From Verrucomicrobiota bacterium (GTDB taxonomy: Bacteria; Verrucomicrobiota; Verrucomicrobiia; Limisphaerales; Palsa-1400), in the NCBI GenBank assembly GCA_049510745.1, contig JBEKYR010000001.1, positions 128,001 through 192,000 on the forward strand: a DNA stretch of 64,000 nt, written 5' to 3'. The notes under the pieces are model-generated. The model searched no databases and was not told the DNA's origin. It was given only the letters and a program-made list of their open reading frames with translations. Positions 17,403 through 27,201 of the stretch are shown piece by piece (within the stretch, counting starts at the first letter, position 1; every line of letters begins with the position of its first letter). Made by a program: the position numbers and the translations under genes.

Positions 17403-17628
17403 GAAAGTCAGCGTTCAACGCGGAAGCGTAAAATGATCGCCCGCCTTGGACCCTGTGCCTCCAAACGCACAGGGGCAAGGGACCGCGAAGCGGGACAAAA
17501 GTTGAGTCTTTTGCCGCCTCCCCCTGTCTCAAAACCTGTCCAGCACTGTCGTAATAAGCCATTGCAAATGAGAAAAATCATCGTAACCTGTGCGTCGCTT
17601 CCGGCAGCCCAGTCTGCCTGAGAGCACC

Positions 17629-18591
17629 ATGCGACAATTTATTACAATCGCCGGAAATGCCTTTATGGAGCTGATCCGGCAGCCGGTTTTCCTGCTGCTG
17701 ATGACGGTTTCGTCGTTGTTTGAGGTGTTCCTGGCTTGCGTCAATTATTTCGGATTCGGGGACGAACCGAAGCTGGTCAAGAACAGCGCCCTAGCGGTGA
17801 TGCTCCTGGCCGGGCTGTTTGGGGCGGTGTTGAGCGCGTCGGCCTCGGTCGCGCGCGAAATCCGCAGCGGGACCGCCCTGGCCGTGCTGGCCAAACCGGT
17901 CAGCCGCGCCCAATTCCTGCTGGCCAAATACGCCGGTCTCGCTTTGGCGCTGGCTGTTCTGACTTTCGTCAACACCATCGCCGCCCTGCTGGCCACGCGC
18001 ATGGCTTTTGACGCATATGGCGACATCGATTATCCGGGGTTGAGTGTTTTTTGCGGCGCGCTGGTTTTGGGCTATGTCATCGCCGGGTTCAGCAATTTCT
18101 TCCTGCGGCGGCCGTTTGTTTCGGACGCGGTTTTCGCCGTGGTGGTGATGGCGGTGGTAGCCTTTGCGGTGTTGCAGTATATTCCGCGGGAAGCCGGGCG
18201 AATGGGGATGGATTACAAGGGAATCGATTGGCGGGTGATTCCCGCCTCGGCCTTGATCTGGATGGCGCTGCTGATCCTGGCGGCGCTGGCCCTGGCGTGC
18301 TCGACGCGGGTGGAAATGGTGCCGACGCTGGCGATATGTTCAGCCTTGTTTTTGATGGGGTTGGTGTCCGATTATTTCTGGGGGACGCGCGCCAAGGCCG
18401 GCACGTGGTGGGCTTCGGTGCTTTACGCCGTGACGCCGAATTGGCAATTGTTCTGGCTGGCGGACGCGCTGGAGGGGACCAACAAGATACCGTTGGGCTA
18501 TCTGGGCCGGGCGTTTGGCTATGCGTGCGCGTATATCGGGGCGATCCTGGCGCTGGCGCTGGCCTTGTTTGAGGATCGCGAACTGAGTTGA
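17629..18591 (+). CDS. ABC-2-type transporter permease
   Basis: Multiple TM helices; REIRSGTALAVLAKPVSRAQFLLAKYAG signature; start at ATG 17629. Confidence 0.88.
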   Translation: MRQFITIAGNAFMELIRQPVFLLLMTVSSLFEVFLACVNYFGFGDEPKLVKNSALAVMLLAGLFGAVLSASASVAREIRSGTALAVLAKPVSRAQFLLAKYAGLALALAVLTFVNTIAALLATRMAFDAYGDIDYPGLSVFCGALVLGYVIAGFSNFFLRRPFVSDAVFAVVVMAVVAFAVLQYIPREAGRMGMDYKGIDWRVIPASALIWMALLILAALALACSTRVEMVPTLAICSALFLMGLVSDYFWGTRAKAGTWWASVLYAVTPNWQLFWLADALEGTNKIPLGYLGRAFGYACAYIGAILALALALFEDRELS

Positions 18592-20471
18592 TGATAAGAA
18601 TGGAATCCAACGCCAAAAGAATTGGTTTGATGAACTGGATCGTCCTGCTGGGGGCGACGATCGGGATGCTGCTGGTGGCGCGCTTCGTCAGTTCGAGCGC
18701 GGCAGTGATGGCCACGGTGCTGACGGGATTCGGGCTGCTGGTGGGATTGTTGAGCTATTTCCACATGGGGTTGGTGGAGCGGGAACAGTTCGAGCGGATG
18801 GAAGTGGAGGAATTGAGCAAGGCACGCGGGAGCCAATCGCTCTTTGCGACCGCGGCGGCAGACACGTTTCCGGCCAAGCGCTCGCGGGAACAGTTCGAGC
18901 GGTTTATCGTCCCGGGTTTCACCGGGCTGCTGTTCCTGGCGCAAGGATGGGCCGCCTATTGGCCTTGGGAAAAGCTCCCGGCCATGCCCGCCCTGGCGGC
19001 TGATCGGGCGACGCTGGCCATGGCGTTGTTGGGGTTGTTCGGTCTGATCCTTTTTCTGCTGGGCAAATACTCCAGCGGGCTGGCCCGTCTGCAAAACCAG
19101 AAGTTGTTGCGTCCGGGCGCGGCCTATTTGCTGCTCAGCGCCTACGCCTGCTTTACCGCGACCTGCGCCATTGCCGCCGTCCTGGCGGGTTTTCCCAGGG
19201 CCGACCTTTTCGTCGGACGCGCCTTGTGCGTCATATCGGGATTGGCGGCGGTGGAAACGCTGCTGGCGTTGATCCTGGAGGTCTATCGCGTGCGGGTGCA
19301 GGGGCGGGACGCGCGATTGCTCTATGAAAGCCGGCTGGTGGGATTGCTGGGCCAGCCGGAAGCGATCATCACGACCGCCGCGCACGCGCTGGATTACCAA
19401 TTTGGCTTCAAGGTGTCCGAGACGTGGTTTTATCGTTTTCTGGAAAAGGCGCTGGGCTGGCTGGTGCTGGCGCAATTGGGCGCATTGGTGGCATCGACCT
19501 GCTTTGTCATCATCCAGCCGGGCGACCAGGCGTTGCTGGAGCGTTTTGGCCGGCCATTGGGCAACCAGGGCGTGATCGGACCCGGCTTGCATCTCAAACT
19601 GCCCTGGCCGATCGACCGCACCATCGTTTATCACACCGAGCAAATCCAAACTTTCATCGTCGGCGCCGAACCGGAAAGGAGCGAGACGATTGCCTGGGCT
19701 GTGAGCCACGCCAAAGAGGAGAATTTCCTGGTGGCGAGCAAGGAATTGAATCCGGAGATTCAATCCAACCAAATGACGGAGGCGAAAAGCCCGCCGGTCA
19801 ACCTGCTTTCGGTCAGCATCCCGGTGCAATATCAGATCACCAATCTGGCCACCTGGGCCTACACCAACGAAGACCCGCAAACGCTCCTCAAAGGCATCTC
19901 CGAGCGCGAGGTGGCCCGCTATCTGGCCAGCGCCGACCTGGATGATTTGATGTCGCGCGGACGGGCCGCCGCCGCCGAGAGCCTGCGCCGAAACATCCAG
20001 GGGCAGGTGGACACCCTGCAATTGGGGGCGCGCGTGACTTTTGTCGGCTTGGAAGACATCCATCCGCCGGTCAAGGTGGCGAAGATTTTTGAACAGGTGG
20101 TGGGGGCGGCGCAGACCCGGGATTCGAAGATATTGCAGGCGCAGGCCTATGCGGTCTCGACCAACGCTTTCGCCAGCGGAGAAAGTTTCAAGAGGGTGGC
20201 CACAGCCAACGCCGACGAGCACAGCGCGGTGACCAATTCCGCCGCCCGGGCCGTGCTCTTTGCCAGCCAGCAAATGGCTTACAGCGCCGCGCCAGGCCGC
20301 AACGGCGTCTATGAGCAGCGCGCCTACCTGGAAACCCTCGTCGAGGGCGGCAGCCAGTCGCGCAAGTACATCATTGCCACCACCAACACGCCGGACATCC
20401 TCATTTTCAATCTGGAGGACAAAATACGGACAGATTTGATCGACAAGCTCCCGTCGCCGACTCAAAAGTGA
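18591..20471 (+). CDS. SPFH (HflK-like) protein with large multi-pass N-terminal membrane domain
   Basis: About 7-8 TM helices, then IQPGDQALLERFG...PGLHLKLPWPID...LEDIHPPVKVA and a coiled coil; start 18591 or 18600. Confidence 0.85.
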   Translation: MIRMESNAKRIGLMNWIVLLGATIGMLLVARFVSSSAAVMATVLTGFGLLVGLLSYFHMGLVEREQFERMEVEELSKARGSQSLFATAAADTFPAKRSREQFERFIVPGFTGLLFLAQGWAAYWPWEKLPAMPALAADRATLAMALLGLFGLILFLLGKYSSGLARLQNQKLLRPGAAYLLLSAYACFTATCAIAAVLAGFPRADLFVGRALCVISGLAAVETLLALILEVYRVRVQGRDARLLYESRLVGLLGQPEAIITTAAHALDYQFGFKVSETWFYRFLEKALGWLVLAQLGALVASTCFVIIQPGDQALLERFGRPLGNQGVIGPGLHLKLPWPIDRTIVYHTEQIQTFIVGAEPERSETIAWAVSHAKEENFLVASKELNPEIQSNQMTEAKSPPVNLLSVSIPVQYQITNLATWAYTNEDPQTLLKGISEREVARYLASADLDDLMSRGRAAAAESLRRNIQGQVDTLQLGARVTFVGLEDIHPPVKVAKIFEQVVGAAQTRDSKILQAQAYAVSTNAFASGESFKRVATANADEHSAVTNSAARAVLFASQQMAYSAAPGRNGVYEQRAYLETLVEGGSQSRKYIIATTNTPDILIFNLEDKIRTDLIDKLPSPTQK

Positions 20472-20472
20472 T

Positions 20473-21432
20473 ATGAAACGAAATCCCCTTACCCTGTTAG
20501 TGGCCTTCATCTTGATCGTCATCTTCGGCTTGCTCCTGTTTATTTACCAGGTGCGCAAATCCGAGGCGGCGGTGGTGACACGATTCGGCAAGATCGACCG
20601 CGTCAAGACCGAGCCTGGCCCCGGCCTGCGCTGGCCCTGGCCGATCGAAGACGTCTATAAGCTGGACCAGCGCATCCAGAACTTCGAGGGCAAGTACGAG
20701 CAATTCAAGCTGCCCGACCAGAACATCATCCTCTTGTCGGTCTATGTCGGCTACCGCATCGAGGACCCGAAGGCGTTCTTCCCCAAGTTCGCCAAAGGGT
20801 CGATTCCCGAGGCGGAAAAGGTGCTGGAAGACTTGGTGCGCAGCGCCAAGAATGAAGTGGCCGGACAGCATCCCTTCTCGGATTTCGTGGCGACCGATGA
20901 ACGGCAGATGAAATTCACCCAGATCGAAAACGAAATCCTGCAAAAAGTGCGCAAACAAGTGACCGAGCTGAACTACGGGCTGGACATGAAGTTCATCCAG
21001 ATCAGGAAAATCGGGCTGCCCGACAGCGTGACGCAAAACGTCTTCGACCGCATGACATCCGAGCGGCAGTACTACATCTCCAAGGTCCAGTCGCAGGGCG
21101 AGGAGGCGGCGAAAAAGATCAAATCCGAAGCCGACAGCAAGGCCGCCATCCTGCTGGCCGACGCCGACGCCCAGGCCTTCAAAATCCGGGGCGAAGGCGA
21201 GGCGCAGATGATGAAATCGCTGGCGGTGTTGCAGGAGAATCCGGCGCTGGCCACGTTCAACATGCAGATTTCCGCGTTGCAGCAATTGCTCAGGGAAAAA
21301 TCGACCCTCGTGCTCGATGCCAGCAGTTCCCCGTTGCAGTGGCTCCAGATGCAGCAAGCGGGCAAATCCGCCCCGACCAATGCCGCTTCCCCGGCTGAGG
21401 CCGGCTCGCTGACGAATAAAGACCCGAAATGA
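20473..21432 (+). CDS. hflC: HflC-like SPFH protein
   Basis: One TM, VVTRFGK, PGLRWPWPI, IGLPDSVTQNVFDRMTSER, IRGEGEA. Confidence 0.88.
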   Translation: MKRNPLTLLVAFILIVIFGLLLFIYQVRKSEAAVVTRFGKIDRVKTEPGPGLRWPWPIEDVYKLDQRIQNFEGKYEQFKLPDQNIILLSVYVGYRIEDPKAFFPKFAKGSIPEAEKVLEDLVRSAKNEVAGQHPFSDFVATDERQMKFTQIENEILQKVRKQVTELNYGLDMKFIQIRKIGLPDSVTQNVFDRMTSERQYYISKVQSQGEEAAKKIKSEADSKAAILLADADAQAFKIRGEGEAQMMKSLAVLQENPALATFNMQISALQQLLREKSTLVLDASSSPLQWLQMQQAGKSAPTNAASPAEAGSLTNKDPK

Positions 21433-22538
21433 ACCCCCAGGACCCCATTCTGCCCTCGCCGCCGCCGAGCGCGCCGCCCCCGCCCCCGCCGGGTCCGCCG
21501 CCGGCTGTGGAAGACGCCGGAACGCAGGCGCTGGCCGAAGCCCTGCGCAGCAGCTTTTTCATTGTCAAGATCATTATGGTGGGGCTGGCGCTGGTCTTCC
21601 TTGGCTCGGGCTTTTTCACCGTCGGTCCGCAAGAGAAAGCGGTCATCCTGCGCCTGGGCAAGCCGATCGGGGAAGGCGAGGGCGCGCTGCTCAGTCCGGG
21701 TTTGCACTGGGCCTTTCCCCGGGGCATTTATGAAGTCGAACACATTCCGTTCACCTCCCTGCAAATGGCCGAGTCGTCCGTCGGCTGGTACCTGACGCCC
21801 GAAGAGCGCGCCAAAGGAGCCGCCCCGCCGCCCGGCTCGTCCTCGCTCAATCCGGCCACCACCACCTACGCATTGACGGCCGACACCAACATCATTCACG
21901 TCGTGGCGACCCTGAAATACCGGATCACCGACCCGATTACCTTCCATTTTGATTTTGCCAACGCGCCGTCTTTCATCACCAACGCCCTGAACAACGCCTT
22001 GCTGTTTGCCACCAGCCAGTTTCCAGTCGATGACATCCTGACGCGAAACCGGGCCGCCTTCCGGGAACGGGTCACGGAACGGGCCCGTCAATTGATTGAC
22101 TCGCAAAAAATCGGAGTGACGGTGGATCAATTGGATGTCGATGCCTCGCCCCCGCTCTATCTCAAGCCCAAGTTTGACGAAGTCGATACGGCCATGCTCA
22201 AACGCGACAAAGCCCGCAACGACGCGCAGAGCTACGCGACCACCACCGAGGCGGAAGCCCGCGGCGAGTCCGCCACGCGCGTCTTTGTCGCGGATGCCCA
22301 GCGCAAACGGCTGGTGGAAATGGTGACCGCGCAAGCCGACACCTTCCAGAAACTGCGGGGCCAATACGAGCATGACCCGGCGTTTTTCGAGCGCGTCCGC
22401 CAGATGACGGTGCTGGAGGAGGTTTATACCAATGCCCAGCAAAAGATCATCATGGCGCCGAACACGCATGAGTTGCGCCTGGAATTGAGCCGCGAGCCGG
22501 AGGCGCCTTCCACGAATAACATCATCATGTCGCAATAA
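21429..22538 (+). CDS. hflK: HflK-like SPFH protein
   Basis: Pro-rich N-terminus, one TM, SGFFTVGPQEKAVILRLGK, PGLHWAFP, ALTADTNII, A-x-x-Y coiled coil. Confidence 0.85.
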   Translation: MNPQDPILPSPPPSAPPPPPPGPPPAVEDAGTQALAEALRSSFFIVKIIMVGLALVFLGSGFFTVGPQEKAVILRLGKPIGEGEGALLSPGLHWAFPRGIYEVEHIPFTSLQMAESSVGWYLTPEERAKGAAPPPGSSSLNPATTTYALTADTNIIHVVATLKYRITDPITFHFDFANAPSFITNALNNALLFATSQFPVDDILTRNRAAFRERVTERARQLIDSQKIGVTVDQLDVDASPPLYLKPKFDEVDTAMLKRDKARNDAQSYATTTEAEARGESATRVFVADAQRKRLVEMVTAQADTFQKLRGQYEHDPAFFERVRQMTVLEEVYTNAQQKIIMAPNTHELRLELSREPEAPSTNNIIMSQ

Positions 22539-22542
22539 TTTT

Positions 22543-24609
22543 ATGCAAGTGACCTCTCTCCTGAGCCGCCGCGAAGACGAGCATGACCACGCGCACGGGG
22601 AATCGTGCGCCAATGGCGGCCACGACCACGACCACGCCGTGCTGCCGCTGGCGCAAACGTTGATTGGCCTGGTCTTTGTCCTCAATTCGTTTGTCGTCAA
22701 CTGGTTCTTTTCCGACAACGCCAACCCGATCGCGGACGGCAGCGCGATGATCGGGGCGATCATCCTCGGCTACCCGATTGTCTGGACGGCCATCAATGAT
22801 TTGCGCCGGGGTCTGCTCACGACCAACGAACTGGTGGCCCTGGCCGTGGTGGCTTCCTTTGGCTCGGCGAATCTCCTGGTGGTTTCCTTTGGCTCGGCGA
22901 ATGTCCAAGTGGGCGGCTACCAGCAGGCGGGCGTCATCGCCTTCTTCATGTTGATGGGCCAAATCATTGAAACGCGCACGGCCGAAGGCGCCCGCGCTTC
23001 CATCGAATCCCTCATCAAGCTCACTCCGCCCAAAGCCCGCCGCGTCACCAAAGACGGCGAAGAGGAGATCGAAACGAAGCTCCTCGCCGTGGGCGACGTT
23101 ATTCGAGTTCGTCCCGGAGACAATGTCGCGGCCGACGGGGTGATTGTGACCGGCCAGGGTTCCTTCAATCAGGCCACCATCACCGGCGAGTCCTTGCCGG
23201 TCGATAAAAAGCCCGGGGACGAAGTCTTTGCCGGGACGCAAAACCTGACGGGAGCGCTGGAAATCCGGGTGACGCGGGCGGGGCAGGACACGACGTTGGG
23301 CAAGGTGCGGGAACTGATCCTGGCGGCGGAGAAAACCAAGCTGCCGCTGATGCGGATCATCGACCAGTACATGGGCTATTATACGCCGCTGGTGCTGCTG
23401 ATCGGCGCATTGGTGTGGGCGTTCACCTCCGATATGAGCCGCGTGATCACGGTCCTTATTGTCTCGTGTCCGTGCGCTTTCATTCTCGCCACACCCAGCG
23501 CGATGGTCGCGGCCCTGTCGGCCGCCGCGCGGCTGGGCATCCTAATCAAAAACGTCGGCGACATCGAGTTGGCGGCGCGCATCAACGCATTTGTATTTGA
23601 CAAAACGGGCACTCTCACCACGGGACGGCTGGCCGTCAGCCGCCTTCAGCCCATGAACGGCGCGACGGCGGCGGAACTGCTCCGCGTGGCGGGTTCGGCC
23701 GAGAAATACAGCAACCATCCCACGGCCAAGGCGCTGGCCCAGTTGGCGGGCGAAGCCGGCGTGCCCCTTTGCGAGCCGAAGGATTTCGCCGAAGCCGCCG
23801 GCCGGGGCGTCAGCGCGCAGGTCGAAGGGGCCAGGGTGCTGGTGGGCCGCGCCCAGTGGCTCAAGGAACAAGGCATCGCGGAGGATTTTCTCAAATCCGT
23901 CGATCTCAATGAAACGGAGGGTTTCAGCCTGATCTTCGTGGCCCGCGACGGCAAATGCCTCGGGTGGGTCGGCCTGCAAGACCAAACCCGCTCCGAAGCC
24001 CGCGAGGCGCTGGCCGATCTGAAATCCACCGGCGTGCGCCGCATCGCCATGATTTCCGGCGACCGCCAGCCGGTGGCCACCCGCGTCGCGCGCGAAATCG
24101 GCTGCGAAGAAGTCATGGGCGAATGCCTCCCGCAGAACAAAGTGGATTTTGTCCGCCAAATAAAAGCCAAAGGCTACCGCGTGGCTGTCGTCGGCGACGG
24201 CGTCAACGACGCGCCCGCGCTGGCGGCCGGCGACCTGGGCATCGCCATGGGCGCGGCGGGCAGCGAAGTGGCCATCCACAGCGCCACCATCGCGCTGATG
24301 AACAACGATCTGCGCCGCCTGCCGTTCCTGGTCCGGCTCTCGCGCCAGACGCGGTCGGTCATCAACCAGAATTTCCTTGTCGGCATTGTGTTTGTCATCG
24401 GCGGCCTGGTTTTGGCCTCGCTCAAGTACATCAATCCGATCACCGCCGCCGTCCTCCACGTCATCGGTTCGCTCATTGTTGTCTTCAACAGCGCCCGGCT
24501 CGTGCGGCAGGGCGAGGAGTTGGAACCGCACCTGGCCGCCGCGCCGGAAGCGCCCGGCCCATCGGCGCCAACCCCGCCGTCTCTGACGCCCAAAGCTGTG
24601 CCTGCATGA
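22543..24609 (+). CDS. Heavy-metal P1B-type ATPase with His-rich N-terminus
   Basis: TGES, SCPC, FDKTGTLT, SNHP, GDGVNDAP; N-terminal EHDHAH...HDHDH. Confidence 0.95.
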   Translation: MQVTSLLSRREDEHDHAHGESCANGGHDHDHAVLPLAQTLIGLVFVLNSFVVNWFFSDNANPIADGSAMIGAIILGYPIVWTAINDLRRGLLTTNELVALAVVASFGSANLLVVSFGSANVQVGGYQQAGVIAFFMLMGQIIETRTAEGARASIESLIKLTPPKARRVTKDGEEEIETKLLAVGDVIRVRPGDNVAADGVIVTGQGSFNQATITGESLPVDKKPGDEVFAGTQNLTGALEIRVTRAGQDTTLGKVRELILAAEKTKLPLMRIIDQYMGYYTPLVLLIGALVWAFTSDMSRVITVLIVSCPCAFILATPSAMVAALSAAARLGILIKNVGDIELAARINAFVFDKTGTLTTGRLAVSRLQPMNGATAAELLRVAGSAEKYSNHPTAKALAQLAGEAGVPLCEPKDFAEAAGRGVSAQVEGARVLVGRAQWLKEQGIAEDFLKSVDLNETEGFSLIFVARDGKCLGWVGLQDQTRSEAREALADLKSTGVRRIAMISGDRQPVATRVAREIGCEEVMGECLPQNKVDFVRQIKAKGYRVAVVGDGVNDAPALAAGDLGIAMGAAGSEVAIHSATIALMNNDLRRLPFLVRLSRQTRSVINQNFLVGIVFVIGGLVLASLKYINPITAAVLHVIGSLIVVFNSARLVRQGEELEPHLAAAPEAPGPSAPTPPSLTPKAVPA

Positions 24610-25823
24610 GTGCTGTCGCTCAAATCCCCGCGACCGCCGCGCCCGCGCCCGAAATGCCCCGTTCCGGCGAGCCGGTGGTCGCCGTGCGCGGATTGACCAA
24701 AATTTTCAAGGACTTCTGGGGCCGCCCCAAGGCCAAAGCCGTCGATAACGTCGATTTTGAAGTGCGGCGCGGCGAGGTCTTCGGCCTGCTGGGCCCCAAC
24801 GGTTCCGGCAAATCGACCACGGTCAAGCTGCTGCTCGGATTGCTCTATCCGACCCGCGGCCACATCGAAGTCTTCGGCCATTCCCCGCGCCACGTGGCGA
24901 GCAAGGCGCACATCGGCTACTTGCCAGAGGAATCCTACCTTTATCGCTTTTTGGATTCGCGCGAAACGCTCGACTTTTTCGGCAACCTTTTTGATTTGCC
25001 CGCCGGGCAGCGCCGCCAGCGCAACGAACAGCTTTTGGAAATGGTCGGCTTGAGCCAGGTGCGCACGCGGGTGGTCGGCGAGTTTTCCAAGGGGATGCAG
25101 CGGCGCATCGGACTGGCCCAGGCGCTGATCAACGATCCCGACCTGGTCCTGCTGGACGAGCCGACCGCCGGCATGGACCCCATTGGCTGCCGCGAAGTCA
25201 AGGACCTGATCCTCGCCCTGGCGCGCCGGGGCAAAACGGTCATTCTCAGCAGCCATTTGCTCTCCGAAGTCGAGGATGTCTGCGACCGTGTCGTCATCTA
25301 TTATGGCGGACGCATTCACGCCATGGGCACCTTGAAGGAATTGCTCACCAAGCCGGACTCCGTGCGCATTACCACGCCGCTGCTGCCGCGCGAGAGCATG
25401 GAACAGGTCCTGAACATCATTCGCAAGGACGTGGGGGAGGAGAAAATTCAGATCGACAACCCGACGCAAAACCTGGAGAGCTATTTCCTGGATGTCGTGC
25501 GCCAGGCAAAGGAGCGTCTGGAGGAAACTTCCGGCGCCACTTCCGGCAGCCACGTCGCCGCCTACCTGCGCGGCGACGCGGAATCCGAGCCGACGACGGA
25601 CAAGGTCCTGGAACGGCTGACCCATGCGGCCGCGGCCAAGCCGGCGGAACCCGCGCCCGCACCCGAACCCCAGCAGAAGATCGACCAGGCCAAACTGGAA
25701 TCGTTGGCCAAGCCCGCCGAGCCTGCGGCCCCGCCGCCGCCGCCGCCGCCGGCGCCCCCGGTCGATTTGGACAAAGCCAACCAGAAGCTCTCCTCGCTGC
25801 TGGGCCATCCGGGCGAGAAATGA
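24606..25823 (+). CDS. ABC transporter ATP-binding protein with C-terminal Pro/Ala-rich extension
   Basis: GPNGSGKST, FSKGMQRR, LLDEP, SSH; start at ATG 24606 overlapping the ATPase stop. Confidence 0.93.
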   Translation: MSAVAQIPATAAPAPEMPRSGEPVVAVRGLTKIFKDFWGRPKAKAVDNVDFEVRRGEVFGLLGPNGSGKSTTVKLLLGLLYPTRGHIEVFGHSPRHVASKAHIGYLPEESYLYRFLDSRETLDFFGNLFDLPAGQRRQRNEQLLEMVGLSQVRTRVVGEFSKGMQRRIGLAQALINDPDLVLLDEPTAGMDPIGCREVKDLILALARRGKTVILSSHLLSEVEDVCDRVVIYYGGRIHAMGTLKELLTKPDSVRITTPLLPRESMEQVLNIIRKDVGEEKIQIDNPTQNLESYFLDVVRQAKERLEETSGATSGSHVAAYLRGDAESEPTTDKVLERLTHAAAAKPAEPAPAPEPQQKIDQAKLESLAKPAEPAAPPPPPPPAPPVDLDKANQKLSSLLGHPGEK

Positions 25824-27199
25824 AGAAAGTCCTGGCCATCGCGGGATTGACTTGGAAATCCGCCTTCCGCTACCGCCTCTTCTGGATCCTGGCCGCGCTG
25901 CTGCTCGGAGCGGTCGTGGGCCTGCCGCTGCTGCTCAGAGACGACGGCACAGCCAAGGGGCTGACCCAAATACTATTGACTTACACCTTGAGCGCGGTGG
26001 CAACGCTCCTGGGCATTGCCACCCTCTGGCTCTCCTGCGGCACCCTGGCCAAGGACGTCGAGGAATGCCAGATGCAGGTCGTCGCGGTCAAGCCCATCGC
26101 CCGCTGGCAAATCTGGCTCGGCAAGTGGCTCGGCCTGCTTTCCCTCAACGCCGTCCTGCTGGCCCTGGCCGGCGCCGCCATTTTTGCCCTGCTCAATTGG
26201 CGGGCCGGCCGCCTTCCCGCCGCCGAGCAAAAAATCCTCCGCGACGAGGTTTTTGTGGCGCGCGCCTCGGTGCGGGACCGTCCGCCGGACTTTTCCGCCG
26301 AAGTTGAAAAACTCATGCGAGAACGGGTCAAAGACCCCGCGGCGTTAAGCGCGTCCGACCTGGCGGAAATCCGCAAGCAAGTCAGCGAGGAACTCAAGTC
26401 CGCCTTGACGGAAGTGCCGCCGGGTTTCCGGCGGCGCTGGGGCGTCAACTTGCGGAGCGTGCGCGACCGCTTGCGGGATCAACCGCTGGAGTTGCGGGTC
26501 AAATTCCACACCGCCAACCCCAACGAGGACGCCCGCTACCTGACCGGCTGGATCGTCGGCCCGGCCAACTCTCCCCGGCAGGTGGCCATTGAGCAGACGT
26601 TGCCGCCGGATTCCTTCCAGGAATTCCAAGTGCCCGCCAATCTGCTGGACGACAAGGGCATCCTGTGGGTCGATGTGGTGAACCCCAATGAAACGTCCCT
26701 GACGTTTCCGTTGGAGGATGGATTCGAGCTGCTCTATCCGGAGAGCACATTCGAGATCAATTTTGTGCGCGGGATCGCGGTCATTTTCTGCTGGCTGGCC
26801 CTGCTGGCCTCGATTGGCCTGGCCATGGCCAGTTTCCTTTCCTTCCCCGTGGCGGCGTTTGCCTCGCTGGCGCTGCTGCTCATGGGCTTCTCCAGCGGCA
26901 CTATCGGCTCGGTGGTCGAGCAAGGCACGATCATGAGCTACGACTCGGCCAAGTCGGCTTACGGCCATTCGCCGATCGATGTGGTCATTGTGCCGGTGTT
27001 CCAGGGGGCGCTGAAAATCATCAAGCTGGTCGAGAGTTTTTCGCCGGTCGATTTTCTCAGCACGGGCCGGAGCATCACGTGGGGCCAATTGGGATTGGCG
27101 GTGGCGCAAATCATCCTGTTGCTGGGCGGGTTTTTCTGCGTCGTGGGCATTATCCTATTCACCCGGAGAGAATTGGCCACCGCGCAGGGCAATAGTTGA
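25820..27199 (+). CDS. ABC-2-type permease with large extracytoplasmic domain
   Basis: TM helices, VKPIARWQIWLGKWLG motif, C-terminal FTRRELA. Confidence 0.85.
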   Translation: MKKVLAIAGLTWKSAFRYRLFWILAALLLGAVVGLPLLLRDDGTAKGLTQILLTYTLSAVATLLGIATLWLSCGTLAKDVEECQMQVVAVKPIARWQIWLGKWLGLLSLNAVLLALAGAAIFALLNWRAGRLPAAEQKILRDEVFVARASVRDRPPDFSAEVEKLMRERVKDPAALSASDLAEIRKQVSEELKSALTEVPPGFRRRWGVNLRSVRDRLRDQPLELRVKFHTANPNEDARYLTGWIVGPANSPRQVAIEQTLPPDSFQEFQVPANLLDDKGILWVDVVNPNETSLTFPLEDGFELLYPESTFEINFVRGIAVIFCWLALLASIGLAMASFLSFPVAAFASLALLLMGFSSGTIGSVVEQGTIMSYDSAKSAYGHSPIDVVIVPVFQGALKIIKLVESFSPVDFLSTGRSITWGQLGLAVAQIILLLGGFFCVVGIILFTRRELATAQGNS

Positions 27200-27201
27200 G
27201 G

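Noticed and set aside
23955..24605. N-terminal extension of the ABC ATPase ORF
   Set aside because: Overlaps the P1B ATPase in another frame; ATG 24606 gives a normal coupled start
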